Shown one piece after another: positions 1 to 11,900 of a stretch of 64,000 bases of DNA; position 1 is the first letter of the stretch, and the number at the start of each line of letters is the position of its first letter. This DNA is from Spirogloea muscicola (taxonomy: Eukaryota), in the NCBI GenBank assembly GCA_009602725.1, contig WELB01000020.1:1059623-1123622 (forward strand). Direction: 5' to 3'. The notes under the pieces were generated by a model. The model had not been told where the DNA came from. It did no database searches and saw nothing but the letters and a program-made list of their open reading frames with translations. Both the position numbers and the translations under genes were made by a program.

Positions 1-355
1 GCCCGTCGCTTCCATGGGGAGCCGGTAGACTTTCCTGCAGCCGGGTCGCTGGCGCAAGTGTATCGAATGCGCCTGGCCGTCTCGCTGCAGAGGTCTATGG
101 CCCGGGCGTTGCACCTTCGTGCCGGCAGAGCCCTCGCTGCTGCCTCTGGCTCTGGCCAGGGGACCCACTTCCACGAGCCTAGCATCTCCGACCTGCGGCT
201 GCTTAGCAGAGGTTACTGAGTGATTCGTAGCTGCTTTGTTTCTCTGTGTGCTTGTTTTTCTTAGCGCTTCCCCTGGCCCCTTCTCGTACTCTGTTCATTC
301 TTATTTGGGCTGGCTTTTCCAGCCCCTTTTCTCAATGGGCGAGCACTTTCTTCTT
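1..355 (+). mobile_element. 3' end of CRE-like (RLE-type) non-LTR retrotransposon: ORF C-terminus plus 3' UTR
   Basis: Reads ...GSLAQVYRMRLAVSLQRSMARALHLRAGRALAAASG...SISDLRLLSRGY* (stop 217-219), like the copies at 38.5 kb and 48.4 kb. It is followed by the GGGCTGG-CTTTT-CCAGCCC hairpin and a TTCTT tail. Confidence 0.75.
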
Positions 356-449
356 GCTCAGCAGCAGACACGCACTTCTTTTGAGTGATTGAGATTGTAG
401 GTTGGGGTCTGCTTGCCATTGCCAGTCTGCTTGCCAGTCTGCTTGCCAA

Positions 450-800
450 TGTAAGAAAAGGGCTTGAAAACGTCGCGCTGGCGGAACCCGGAGGCAGCCG
501 CCAAGGCGGCGCGGCCTGCCAGCAGGTGGACGAAAAATGCCGAGGACCGCTGTACGGATATGGCAAGTCGCATTCTGTGCACTTGAGCGAGCGGCCCGAC
601 GGCACCGAAGCCGTGGCTGCTCGCTCGGCTGCCTTAAGCGGCGGGACACAGCCCGCCGAGCAAGCCGCTGGAGTAGGTCGAGCCAGAGGGACTCAAATGT
701 CCCGTGGGCGTCAGCTGCAAGCGCGATACACTCGTCGCCTGCAGGCTGGTCTGCGTGGGCCGCTTGGCGGACAGGCATCAAAAGACGGAGAAGCAGCTCT
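450..800 (-). mobile_element. Degenerate CRE-like retrotransposon RLE-domain fragment, opposite orientation
   Basis: Minus-strand frames give CIALAADAHGTFESLWLDLLQRLARRA and HRMRLAISVQRSSAFFVHLLAGRAALAAASG, homologous to the other copies. Confidence 0.65.
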
Positions 801-2852
801 GACCACTAAGCCCCAAACCGAACCGGCTTATGCTCCGCGCTGTGTCCCGCAGGCGGGGCGAGCAGGCCAACCTCGATGCCGCTGGCTCGCTAGCGCAAGG
901 TTTTCGCGTGCGCCTGCCCATATCCGTCCAGCGGTCGATGGCCCACACTTTGCTCCTGCGCTAGCGAGCTCTACTGCAGCCTCTGGCTTCCATCACTGCT
1001 TTCCAGCGGCTAGCCTTTGTCACTTGCGGCTGATAAGTCGAGCATGTTACGTGATCATCCTACAGGGTGTTTGCTTGCTCAGGTATTTGAGCGCTTTCTG
1101 CCCTTTGGACCTCGTCGCGTTATTCTGGGCTAGTTTCTCACAGCCCTAGCCCTCGTTGGAGTAGCTCACTTCTTTGGAAAGGGGCGAGGGCTGTGGATAG
1201 CCAGCCAACTGAAGATGCAACAAGTCTTAAAGATAGAACGAATGTATTCAATGTAAGGCCATGGCTGTGAGAGGCCAGCCCAACGAGAGTGAACAAGCTT
1301 ACAAGAAGGGGACGGAAGGTGCAGGTTACCGGTACTTCTCTCGGTGGCTTCTGCGAATGGACGCTCGATGATCTCTAGTCAGCAAATGCAGATCGGACTA
1401 ACTACAGGGCCGAGGAGCATGATCTGAACAATAACCACCAACAAGGGGTGCCTGCTCAGATATCCGCAAACAGGCGGATGGATCTTCACAAACAAGTGCG
1501 GAAGCCCCCAGCTCAGAAGCCAGCACAGGCAACCCAACATGTGTACGGAGCCCACTATGTCACCCACCAGACCCACTCGACCGTCACCTAGGTGACTTTC
1601 GACGTCGAATACGCTAGGTACTACAATAGATACGTGCATTGTTCAGACGAAAACATCTGTTAGTACGTTTCTACGGGCTTGGTACTTACTGTAGTGGCGG
1701 TCAGCTAGCCGTCTTATTGCGGCACGCCAGTGTCTCACCTAGCGCCCTTCGGGGCTGCCAAATTGCCGGCCCTTGGCCACGGCGCGTCCCCGACATGGCT
1801 GCCAGAGTGGCAGCGCCGCGGCACGTTGCCATCACCAGGTGTTATTATACCTGTGTTGCCCCCCCTTTGAAGGCCTCAATTTGGAGAGAATAGAAGCACG
1901 TCTTGAAGAGGCGGTGGCTGCAAAGGCTTGCCCCAAGTGAGATAGACTTTGTCATTAAAAGGCGATGGCCGTGATTGGCAAGACCAGAAAACAAAGTTCC
2001 AAGGGGCCAGAGAAGCGCTAAAGCACAAAGCGACTCGAGTGGCCAAGTGGACAAGTTTCAGGGAGGATGCCAACACAATTGTGCATCCACATGACATAAT
2101 GCAGCGGCTAGTCTGGGTGGCCACGATGGGCCACAGATGGGCCATGTAAGGCTTGTCAACAGGGAGCCTGTCAAAGGCCAGCGCCAAGGAATGGACAAGG
2201 CCTATGGGGAAGCTCTTTGGGAAAATAAAGGCGCCTCCGCTTCGCAGACTCATGTGCTTTGCCCAAAGCTGAGCAACGAGTGATCCCTGCACCATTGTAG
2301 CTGACGGCAGGACGAGAGATGATGTCTTCTGACTAGACCAGTGCTGATATTGGTGTGCGCCAAACGACGTCGTAGGTGTCATGGAGTGTCTGGACAGAGC
2401 TGTGCCAACGTCGGTGCACGCCAAGCAACCATCAGTGCCGATGTCGGCGCATGCCAAGCGACCAATACAGGTGTGGCACGGCTTGCCAGACCTTGACCTG
2501 TCATCTGCCTGCCGTCACAATTTAGTCCGATGCGGGCCGTTTCTGGGTTGGGACGGAGACACTCGCCTGCCGCCGCCCAGGCGCGGCAGGAAACGGCCGG
2601 GTACGAGCACTGCTGCATCTCGACACGCTCCGTTATGCTGACCCGCGACCTGTAACGATGATATCTCAGTCGGGCTTAGAGCATGCGGTTCGAACATAGA
2701 GGATTTCCAGCACGATCCTCCTACCGAGAGAAACGCCAGTGCACACAGCGCACATACGCGCCGACAGCGCAGCGGAAGTCTCTGCCTACGGCACTGCCAG
2801 AAGCCGGGTCTTCTGTGGGTCAGCGGCTTAGAAGCTGTTCCCACATGGGGCG

Positions 2853-3314
2853 TGTTGTGAGAGGTCGATGAGACTCTTGCTCTTGCTAGCTCGTATGACC
2901 TAGATTCTAGGACTGTGTGTGGAGCCGCGCGATACCACCTCAGTTCGCGCCTTATGAGGACCCCACACAGTGGACCGTCGGCGGGGTACTGAGGGGCTCA
3001 GGGTGTATCCCTAAGCTTGGGAGTCCGGTGGTCTCAGCGGTTGGTAGATCGATTGGATATCCACCGTTGGGTTTGGTGCCGACCCGTGAGATCCAGAGCG
3101 TCGGCGCTAGGGCGCGCTGCCGGGCCCAGAGTCTGAGAGGCTGGAGGTGCTGGGCCCCTGGCACTCACTAGGGCGTACGCCGCCGATCCCCGCATCGTCC
3201 AGCTCGCCGCCGCTGCCGCCGTTGCCGTCGAGTTTGGAGTTGCCACGATGGCTGCGCCATCGTCTTCATCACAACATGCTGCCTTCCGGCTGTGTCATCC
3301 TCTGTGCATCTACA
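2853..3314 (+). repeat. 5' LTR of copia element
   Basis: Starts TGTTG, ends TACA directly before the PBS, and aligns with 7569-8062 (shared cgcgccttatgagg and acccgtgagatccagagcgtcggcgctagg). Confidence 0.85.
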
Positions 3315-3325
3315 TGGTATCAGAG
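3315..3325 (+). promoter_or_regulatory. Primer-binding site complementary to tRNA-iMet
   Basis: TGGTATCAGAG immediately after the 5' LTR is the canonical plant iMet PBS. Confidence 0.85.
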
Positions 3326-6300
3326 GCTTGGTTATCAGAATCGACAAGCGCTTTGAGGGCAAGGACTGGCGGATGTGGCGGTACAAGGCCAAGATGATGC
3401 TCCGCACGCAATGGCTCTGGGGCGGCGTGCTAGGAGAAGGGCCGGCATCCTGATGCGCCGGGGAAAGCCTCTCAGAGACTGGGAGGAGCACGACGCCGTC
3501 GTCATTGCCTTTCTAATGAACAGCCTCGACTCACACCATCTCACCCAGATTGTGCCAGCAGGCAATGCAGCAGAAGCTTGGAGAAAGCTTGTAGCGTTTT
3601 GTGCACCAACAGGCCAGCAGAAGATGCTTGCAGTGCAGCAGAGGCTTCTTAATTTGAAGATGCAGGAGGGAGCAAAGCTGGCAGAGCATCTGACCGACTT
3701 TGAAGCGACTCGTTGATGAGATGAAGGCGATTGGAGCAAGTACGGAGGAAACTTTGAAAAGCTTCGAGGTGGCAATCCTTCTCAACAGCTTGAAGCATTA
3801 TCCCAGGTTGGACACTGTTATTACCCTTCTGGAAAGTGTGGAGGACGAGAAGCGCAGCCTGGATCACGTAAGAAGCAAATTGTTGCAGGAGGAGAACAGG
3901 GCCCAAGAGAGAGGAGATGAGAGCCAGGCCAAGGAGTGGCATTGATCAGACAGACTCATAGAAGCTTTGGTGGCAGGCCAGATACTCAAGAGCAAGGAAG
4001 ACGACAGGTGGTGTTCCCAGAATCCAGGGATTTGTGGAGCTATTGTAGACAGCCCGGGCACTGGAAGGCTCAGTCTTTTGCACCTAAAGAAAAAAGAAGA
4101 TCGACAAGCGGCAATCAGGATCAACTAGTTCCTCTACTTTCTCAGCAGCAGGTGCAGTAAGTCAAGGAGGTCGCGATTACAACACTTGACTAACTGATTC
4201 AGGCGCCAGTGCTCATATGACATGTAGATAAGATTGGTTGCAAGACTTCCAAAAGATTGCAGGCTGTCACATTGTCTTTAACAACAATACTAGTGTTCCG
4301 CTGCGAGACACGGCACGGTAGACATCATCACCAAAGTCAAGGGCAAGGTCAAGAGAATTACGCTAGAAGATGCTTTCTACTTTCCCCAGTTGGCCAGCCA
4401 GACATCTACTCTCAGTGAACTCTCTCAACAATTTGGACATTTAACTCATTCTGCATCCACAGGAGTGCAAGATCCTCTCTAGGACTGGAGAGGTGGTAGC
4501 TGTGGGGAGAGGAGTGGCGGATTGTGCTGGCTTGTAGGTGAGAGCTTGACGTCGGGAAGTCAATGCAACGTGGCGATGGTGGACAAGAACGACAACCTGC
4601 AGCTGTGGCATCGCAGGCTGGGACATCTGCATTGTGGTGCTAATCAAGGAGAGGGTCAAACAACAGCACGTGAGTGGCGCTTGGAGTTGATGGTTAACTT
4701 AATTCTTGTGAAGGGTGTGTGCTTGGAAAGCAGCATTGAAGTTCCTTTCCTGCAGGGGGAGGCAAGAGAGCAAGCAGTCGTTTGGAGTTGGTGCATACGA
4801 ATGTATGGGTCCAGGCGACAAAGATGAAATCTTCAGCCCAGTGCGCTTGCTTGCAGGATCCAACATTCTGTGCCCCTTCGCGTCTGCATCGTACCACACA
4901 AAGATGGCCTTGGTGCTCTTGGGATCCAGTTTGTTACGCGACTCAGATGGGCTTGTGCACATATGCATTACACCCGAAGACTCTCAGATGTGAGATGTCT
5001 GGCTTTCGAACTGTCCACAATTCTTCTGGCCGTTCTCCCCTGCACTGCCCTCGTTGGATATCTTGCTTGCAGATACGCGGCCGTAGACACAGCTTCACCC
5101 CAGGAGCTGTCAGGTCGTCTACTCTCCTGAAGCATACACCTCGCAGCCTCCAGCAAGGTCCTGTTCATGCGCTCAGAAATGCTACATGCTGGGGAGTATG
5201 TGGCACCGTCTGCTCATGCTTGATGCCCTCTCGTGCCAGGAAATTCTCAAACCCGCTGAACACGTACTTCCTACCATTGTCAGAGCGAAGCACCTTCACC
5301 CGTCTTCCCACTTGCTTTTCTACTCCAGCCCGCCATCTCTGGAAACACACTTGAAGGACACTCGACCTTTACTTGAGGATATAGCACCAACATTTTCTGT
5401 GACATATCGCCGATGAAGGTCATAATGTAGTCCCCACCTCTAAGTGATGGAACCGGCGCTGGACCCCATTCATCCGTGTGCAACAACTCCAGTAGACTGC
5501 TTGCTCTCTTGCCTCCCTTCAGACATCTCACATCTGAGAGTCCCGGGCGTAATGCATATGTGCACAAGCCCACCGAGCTGCATAACAAACTGGATTTCAA
5601 GAGCACCAAGGCCATCTTTGTGAGGTACAATGCAGACACTAAGGGGTACAGAATGTTGGATCCTGCAAGCAAGCGCATTGTGCTCAGCAGAGATGTCATC
5701 TTTGATGGAAATCTAGACGTAGAAGTGAGAATGCTGCATCAGAGGAGAGGATCATGTTGCAGTGGGAGCTAAGGCCTGCTATGCTTGACTCTGAAGAGCC
5801 TGTCTTGTGGAGATGAAGATGAAGACTCGGAGGATGTTGATGGGCAAGAGCAGCCACTGATACCGCCACAAGACTCTGAGCAGCAGGAGGAGGCGGAGGC
5901 GCAGCAACAGCAGGCTGGACGGGAAGAAATCCAGTTACAGCAACAGCTAGAAGAAGAGCAGCCGCAGCCTCAGCTGCAGCAGCAGTTGAGAAGAAGTACA
6001 AGAACTAGACAGGTCAGTGAGGATCCTGCATACTTGAATGATTTTGCAGCTGCCTTAGACGGACCCCTGATTATGGCGTAGGCAAGGCAGAGTGAGGATG
6101 CTGCGCAGTAGGATTTAGCTGCTGCTGAAGAGATGCGGTCCATTGCAGAAAACAAGACATGGGAACTTGTCATTTGCCATCAGGGCGGAAGACCACTGGT
6201 TATAAGTAGGTGATCCGGTGGAAGAGAGGTGCGGATGGGGAAGTTGTAAGATGTAAGGCAAGACTGGTGGCGAAGGGATTATCACAGGTCGAAGGAATTG

Positions 6301-6770
6301 ACTACGATGAAACCTTTGCCCCAGTTGCAACCCCAGTTGCAAAATATACCTCCATCCGAGTGTCTTTGAGTCAAGTTGGAACAGGTCCGATGTGCTGAGC
6401 AGGTGCGGCAGCAGTTCTGCATGGAGGGATGCAAGCCGGTGTCAACTCCCATGGACCTAAAGCTGACATTGACGAAGGAGCAGGAGCCACAGTCAGCAGC
6501 AGAGGAGGCCGAGGTGTCCAATGTACCATATCAGCGGGCTGTGGGCAGCCTGATGTATCTAGCGACTGGGACGAGACCAGATCTTGCTGCAGCAGTTGGA
6601 GTATTTAGTCAATTCATGCAACATCCTGCGATGGCCCACTGGCAAGCCGTCACACGAATTTCTGGTAACTTGCTGGGACTACAAGTACGGGGCTTGCGTT
6701 TGGAGGAGAGAATGGAATCCAGCATCGCTCTTCAACGAGTGAAAGAACGCGGGCTCTGAAGTCCTCAAAG

Positions 6771-6990
6771 GATAGGGGCCCTCCCAGGTTGTCTCCTTCT
6801 ATATCTTCTACTCTGACTGTTGTACAATCAACTTTGGAACGAAACTGGGCTCTGAGTCTGTCACAGGATAGGGGCCCTGGCAGGTTGTCCCGCTCTGCGC
6901 TGTCTGCACAAACTGCTGCCTCGACTACTCTGAAACGAAACTGGGCCCCGAGTCTGTCACAGGATAGGGGCCCTGGCAGGTCGTCCAGCT
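6771..6990. repeat. 96-bp tandem repeat (~2.3 units) inserted between copia RT and RNase H
   Basis: GATAGGGGCCCT recurs at 6771, 6867 and 6963, and AACGAAACTGGGC..GAGTCTGTCACAGG occurs twice. Confidence 0.8.
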
Positions 6991-7568
6991 CTGTGTTGCT
7001 CTCCTTGGCTGCATCAGAAGTTGAGGAACAACTGGGAGACAGTGGCAAGCGTTTGTTAACTCTCTATGGCTATGTTGATGCAGATTAGAGGACCTGCATA
7101 CTCGAAGATCCACCACAGGTTATGTTTTCTTGCTGGGAGGAGCAGGCATATCATGGAGCAGTAAGAGACAGAGATCTGTGGCTTTGTCCACAATGGAAGC
7201 AGAGTACACGGCGGCCATCCAAGCGAGTAAAGAAGCTGTTTGGTTGACCAGACTGCTCGGAGAGTTGGGCTTTCCTCAACGAGCTCCAACCCTAATCTAT
7301 AGTGACAATCAAGGAAGTCTCGAACTCATGAAATCCCCGGTGCATGACAGTAGGAGCAAGCATATTAATATTCAGTGGCATTTCGTGTGGGAGCTCGTTG
7401 AGGCAGGTAGTGTCTGTTCCAATCCTGCCCAACCGATGGCATGGCTGCCGATAGCTTATTCAAAGGGGTAGGCAAGCTAAAGCATCACAAATGCATCCAG
7501 CAGTTTGGTCCAGAGATGACTTAGAGACTTAGAGACTTAGAGACGACTCATGTTTGCTAGAGTGGGAG

Positions 7569-8062
7569 TGTTGAGTATAGAGAGTCTGATGGGAACTCTC
7601 TTTGTGTAGCTCGTATGGTCTAAGTCTAGGTGCTGTGTGTGAAGCCGCGCAGCACCAATTCAATGCGCGCCTTATGAGGCCTACACACAGCAGTGTGTCG
7701 GCGGGGTGCTGAGGGGCTCAGGGTTTATCCCTGAGCTAGGGAGGCCGGTGGTCTCAGCGGCTGGTAGGTCGATAAGATCTCCACCGTCGGTTTGGCGGCG
7801 ACCCGTGAGATCCAGAGCGTCGGCGCTAGGTCGCGCTGCCGGGTCCAGGGTTTGAGAGGCTGGAGAGGCTGGACCCCTGGCACCCGCTAGGGCGTGCGCC
7901 GCCGATCCCCGCCAAGTCCAGCTTGCCGCCGCTGCAGCCGCCGCCGCCGCTGTTGCCATCGTCGTCGCTGTTGTTGTCGCATTTGGACATGCCCACCATG
8001 GCAGAGCCGCCTTCGTCTCATCAGCGTAGATTACCAATCATGGTCCCATCCTCGTCCCAACA
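7569..8062 (+). repeat. 3' LTR of copia element, preceded by polypurine tract
   Basis: PPT AGAGTGGGAG (7559-7568) is followed by TGTTG...CCCAACA. Homologous to the 5' LTR but clearly diverged. The right end is approximate and no TSD is seen. Confidence 0.75.
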
Positions 8063-8915
8063 GTGTGATGCATCAACGGCGGGGCCATCCGTTGTACATC
8101 ATCAAGGGCCTAGCGGACGATGTAACGGTCAATGACCAGAGCCGCGGGTAGAAGGATCTCACCCAAGTTAAGAAGGTGGCTGCGAAAGGCGAGCCCAGAT
8201 AAATGGACAAGGTCCAAAGAGCCGAAACACGCCTGGAGCACACAGCTGTGCATCTGCTCCACTTGGGCCAAGCTGTGCGACGCCCACAATGCATATGTGC
8301 AGTGTTCAAGATAAGTCTTGATTGCTGCGAGCTTGAAAGCAATCAAAGAGGCTAACAAAACGACCAGGAGACTTGGCCCTTGACCTTTGTCGTTGAATTT
8401 TGTGCTACCACCTGTGCGCAGGGCTCTAAGATCAGACATCACTTTTACATTAGAGTTGTGTAACTCCAATGAGCACCAGATTTTGTAGTGTTCAATTGAG
8501 TCCTCAGTGCTGCGAGCGCAAGGTTACCAAAGAGATGCTCGCAAACATCACACTTACAAAAAATCCTGGCTCAATTGTTTAATTGACGATCTCACAAGCT
8601 CTATATCTGATGAATTTACTTGCTAGTCTTAGCAGCAGCACATCGAAAGGGAGGGCGAACTCGGAGGACTTGATGAGGGTGGTACTGAGCAGCCTCAAAG
8701 CTGCAAACGATTCATCCACTGGTGGGAAGGACTTGCATTGAAGCTTAGACATGCAATATGCTCTTGAATGTAGACGAGGGTGGTCTAATAGGCGGGCAAC
8801 ACATTGCCTTTGCCTGACCATCCCATATCTTGAGGGTCTTGTGACTAAGTAGCCATCCCCTATTGGAGGGTCTTGTAAAGCAAGTTTGAATAGCCTTGCT
8901 TCCGCTCGTGTCATG

Positions 8916-11900
8916 TCACTTCCCATGTTCGTCAACGAGGCATTGAGTACCATAACATTGGCCACCGTAGCCATTGATGGCGCAATCGCCAGCCTGGTCA
9001 AAATCGCAGGTTCCTTGCCCATCACAGAAGGCGCAGCAACCATAGGGGCACGGACCACCGCAAGGCGTGTCGATTGGCATGTAGCTGTCAGTCCGGCATA
9101 TGCCCTCACTGCAAAGGCGGCATCACGTCAAGAAAAAAGCTGGAGAGCATTTAGAGAGAAGTGAGAAGCTTTACAGCTCAGCCTTCTAATAAGTATCTAC
9201 GAAATATGCCATCAACTGAAGGAGAGAGCTACATAGGTATGAGTTTTACAATGCTGAGCCCTTCCCACAGGCTGTGGCAGGAGAATGATGGCAAGATGCA
9301 ATGGAAGCAGCTCAACTATATATCTTTCTTTTCACCTGCACTTGCCGTTGACGCAGTCGGGATTGGATGTTGTATTCAAGCGAGTTATGTCGCAAAGAGT
9401 GCCATCTGAAAGGAATTCCAGCGTGCACTTGCCTTTCCTGTAATGTTAAGCACAAGGATAAACTAGTGAAACTCAATTGGGAAGCCCAGGTCTTCATGAG
9501 TGCTGGAGTGTGTTTGCAAGATTGAAAGGATGCCATCTCATGAAGGGCATACTTGTGAAGTCCTGGCTGGGTTACATTCTACAACCTTGTATCTACGGCT
9601 CACACAGGTATGTGGCCTACTTGCACGAAGCAGTAGCACAGCCCTTGTACTCAGCAAAGGGACCTATGTTGTAGTGAATGTCGACTGGAGCATTTAAGGC
9701 TTGTGCGCAATTAGTGCCATCAGGAAGCGGAGAGACCTGAGCACAGGTGCCATTCCTACGTGAAGAAGCACCAGAGGCAAGTAAGAGTAGCACACATGCT
9801 GATGAAGGATGTTAGGCTGAACCAGCCTAACATTAGCACACGTTCACACTAACTGCACAAAGTAATGCCATGATCACACTGCGCATGCATGGGTCATGAA
9901 AGAGCATGTGGCATTGCATGTTCCTTGCGCATCATGCACGGGTTACCTACCTGCACTTCTGGACGCTGCAATAGTCATTCCCAAGGATGTAGTCACATGT
10001 TGTGTTGGCAGTCGCTGAGTCGTCGTACTTGCAATGTCCAACACCACTGCCAAGGATGTCTCACCACTATTAGTGCCCAGCAGAAACGCTCACAGCAACT
10101 CGGGTGCTTGGATGTCAAAAGGTCGTGTGGGTACGATCTTGTTATGCTTCATGAGCCCCTTCAAGAATCTTCAGACACAGATGGTGCCCTACTCGCATGC
10201 TCCCTGTCAGCTCGCACTGGCTAACATGATAGCAGGGGAGCAAGTAGCAGAGAGAAGCAGCAGGATGATGGCTCATGACTGCACATGACCCACGGTGCAT
10301 GATGATGGTAGGCTCACTCGCAAAGGCCATAAAGGTAGCACTGGGGATTATCCTGATCCAGATCTGAGTTGCATGAATAACCAACATTGATGCGCGTCAC
10401 AGCACATGACCCATTTCTGGCGCATGACAGATCACGGAGTCAATATTCGTTTGAGGCCACAATGAGGCCACAACTGAAGTGAGACACATCGAAGCCTGCG
10501 CGGCCAGTGACAGTGACTTGGAGGCAACTGACACCTGCTTTGGAGAGACACGGACTACTGGCAACATCCAGCGGGTATTGCAGCAGCTTTCAGAGGCATG
10601 CTTTTGTAAGCTGCAATTACAGAGGAGACTGTCCAGCTGCAAGGCAAACAGCTTAGACGGATTTGATTGCTCAATTAAAATCCGCTGACCTGCAGCCAAG
10701 AGTCGCACATGGTGGATGTAGTCCTCCAGGCACAGTGGAACACGTCGAGCCATCATCAAAGGCACGTTGTCCACATCTCAAAGTTGAGGCGCTGAAGAGT
10801 TTCAAAGACGGGTATATTAAGAGCACTGCTAAATCTCTTATGAGGTGCTCCTACAGTAGCACAGCATCCACTGCAAGCCAGGGACACTGGACCCAGATCC
10901 CTGTGCAAAAACCTGCAGTTCAATGTCTACCTCTGGCTGGTTGCCAAACGACTGTAACTTACAGCTCTCTTAACATACGTCGGGTACTTACTTGCAGTAT
11001 GCATAGGTACATAGACCCTCAGAGTAGGCCGCAACACTGTCCAGTAGGTCAGGCCGCCAGTTGCTGCAAGTAGTATCTAACATCGGCGAGCAGGCTGCAC
11101 ATGCCCAGCAAGGAGTCAGGATTCCAGCATGAGGGTCAAGGGCAACAGCAAATGCAGGGATGCTGTGCTTTACATCGACCAGCTTCTTTGCCATTAGAAA
11201 AACTCGAGATAATCCACCACAACAACACTTGTGATTTTTCATAGAAGTTCATGCACCTTGGAGAAAGTTCGACTCCAGAATGACTTAAGAAGAGGAAACA
11301 AATATGAGAAGAGAGAGCTGGGGCAGGGGGAGGGCTGATAAAGGGTCAGTAGACCAGAAGAGAGGGGACTGTTAAGTTGGAAACTTAGTCTTTTACCAAT
11401 TCATCCAATCTTCGCTTTAGCAGTAGCTCGACCTCTACCATGGAGGAGGAAGGCTGAGGGTGGGCAAAGGGGGGGGGAGAGGGGAGGTAATGGGGAAAAT
11501 TTGCAGAGGTGGAAGTGATTGGGAAACCCACGTGGTGCAAGTAGTGCCGCGCACTCTGAGGCTGGCCGCTGGAACTTGGCAGGGGCGCTGAAGCAGTTGT
11601 GGCTGTTGTGGATGAGGCACCCCTCTTTTGTGGCGTTAGGTGCTGCACCGTTGAAGTAATTACCGGTGATGTCCACCCAAGCCAAGTTCTGGGTTGACCC
11701 TCCAAACAGGCTCAGAGTGAAGAGCCCCTGGAAATTGTTGTAGGAGAGGTCCCTGCCACATGCAGAGGTTCAGGGCTTTGGGTTAGGATTTAGGATTGAA
11801 GGATTAGGGTTAGGCTTAGGGTTTAGGGTTTGGGATCATTGCCACGAGACATGCCTTTCAGACATCAGCGGCTGGTTCCCCTTACCCATGAGGGCAAGGG

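Larger units (their letters stand above)
2853..8062 (+). mobile_element. Decayed Ty1/copia LTR retrotransposon
   Basis: LTRs are TGTTG...CA. Domain remnants in order: gag, zinc knuckle CRQPGHWK (~4040), protease DSGASAHMT (~4196), LWHRRLGH (~4600), integrase (partly inverted), [26 protein letters not shown] (~6250) and RNase H YSDNQG/SKHINI (~7300). It has many stops and frameshifts, and the RT core is deleted near 6375. Confidence 0.92.

Noticed and set aside
385..1149. 254-aa ORF with a hydrophobic N-terminus
   Set aside because: It runs across a 12-bp repeat and oppositely oriented retrotransposon fragments, with no coherent protein.
11773..11833. Telomere or chromosome end
   Set aside because: Only a short, degenerate intronic TTTAGGG-like run.
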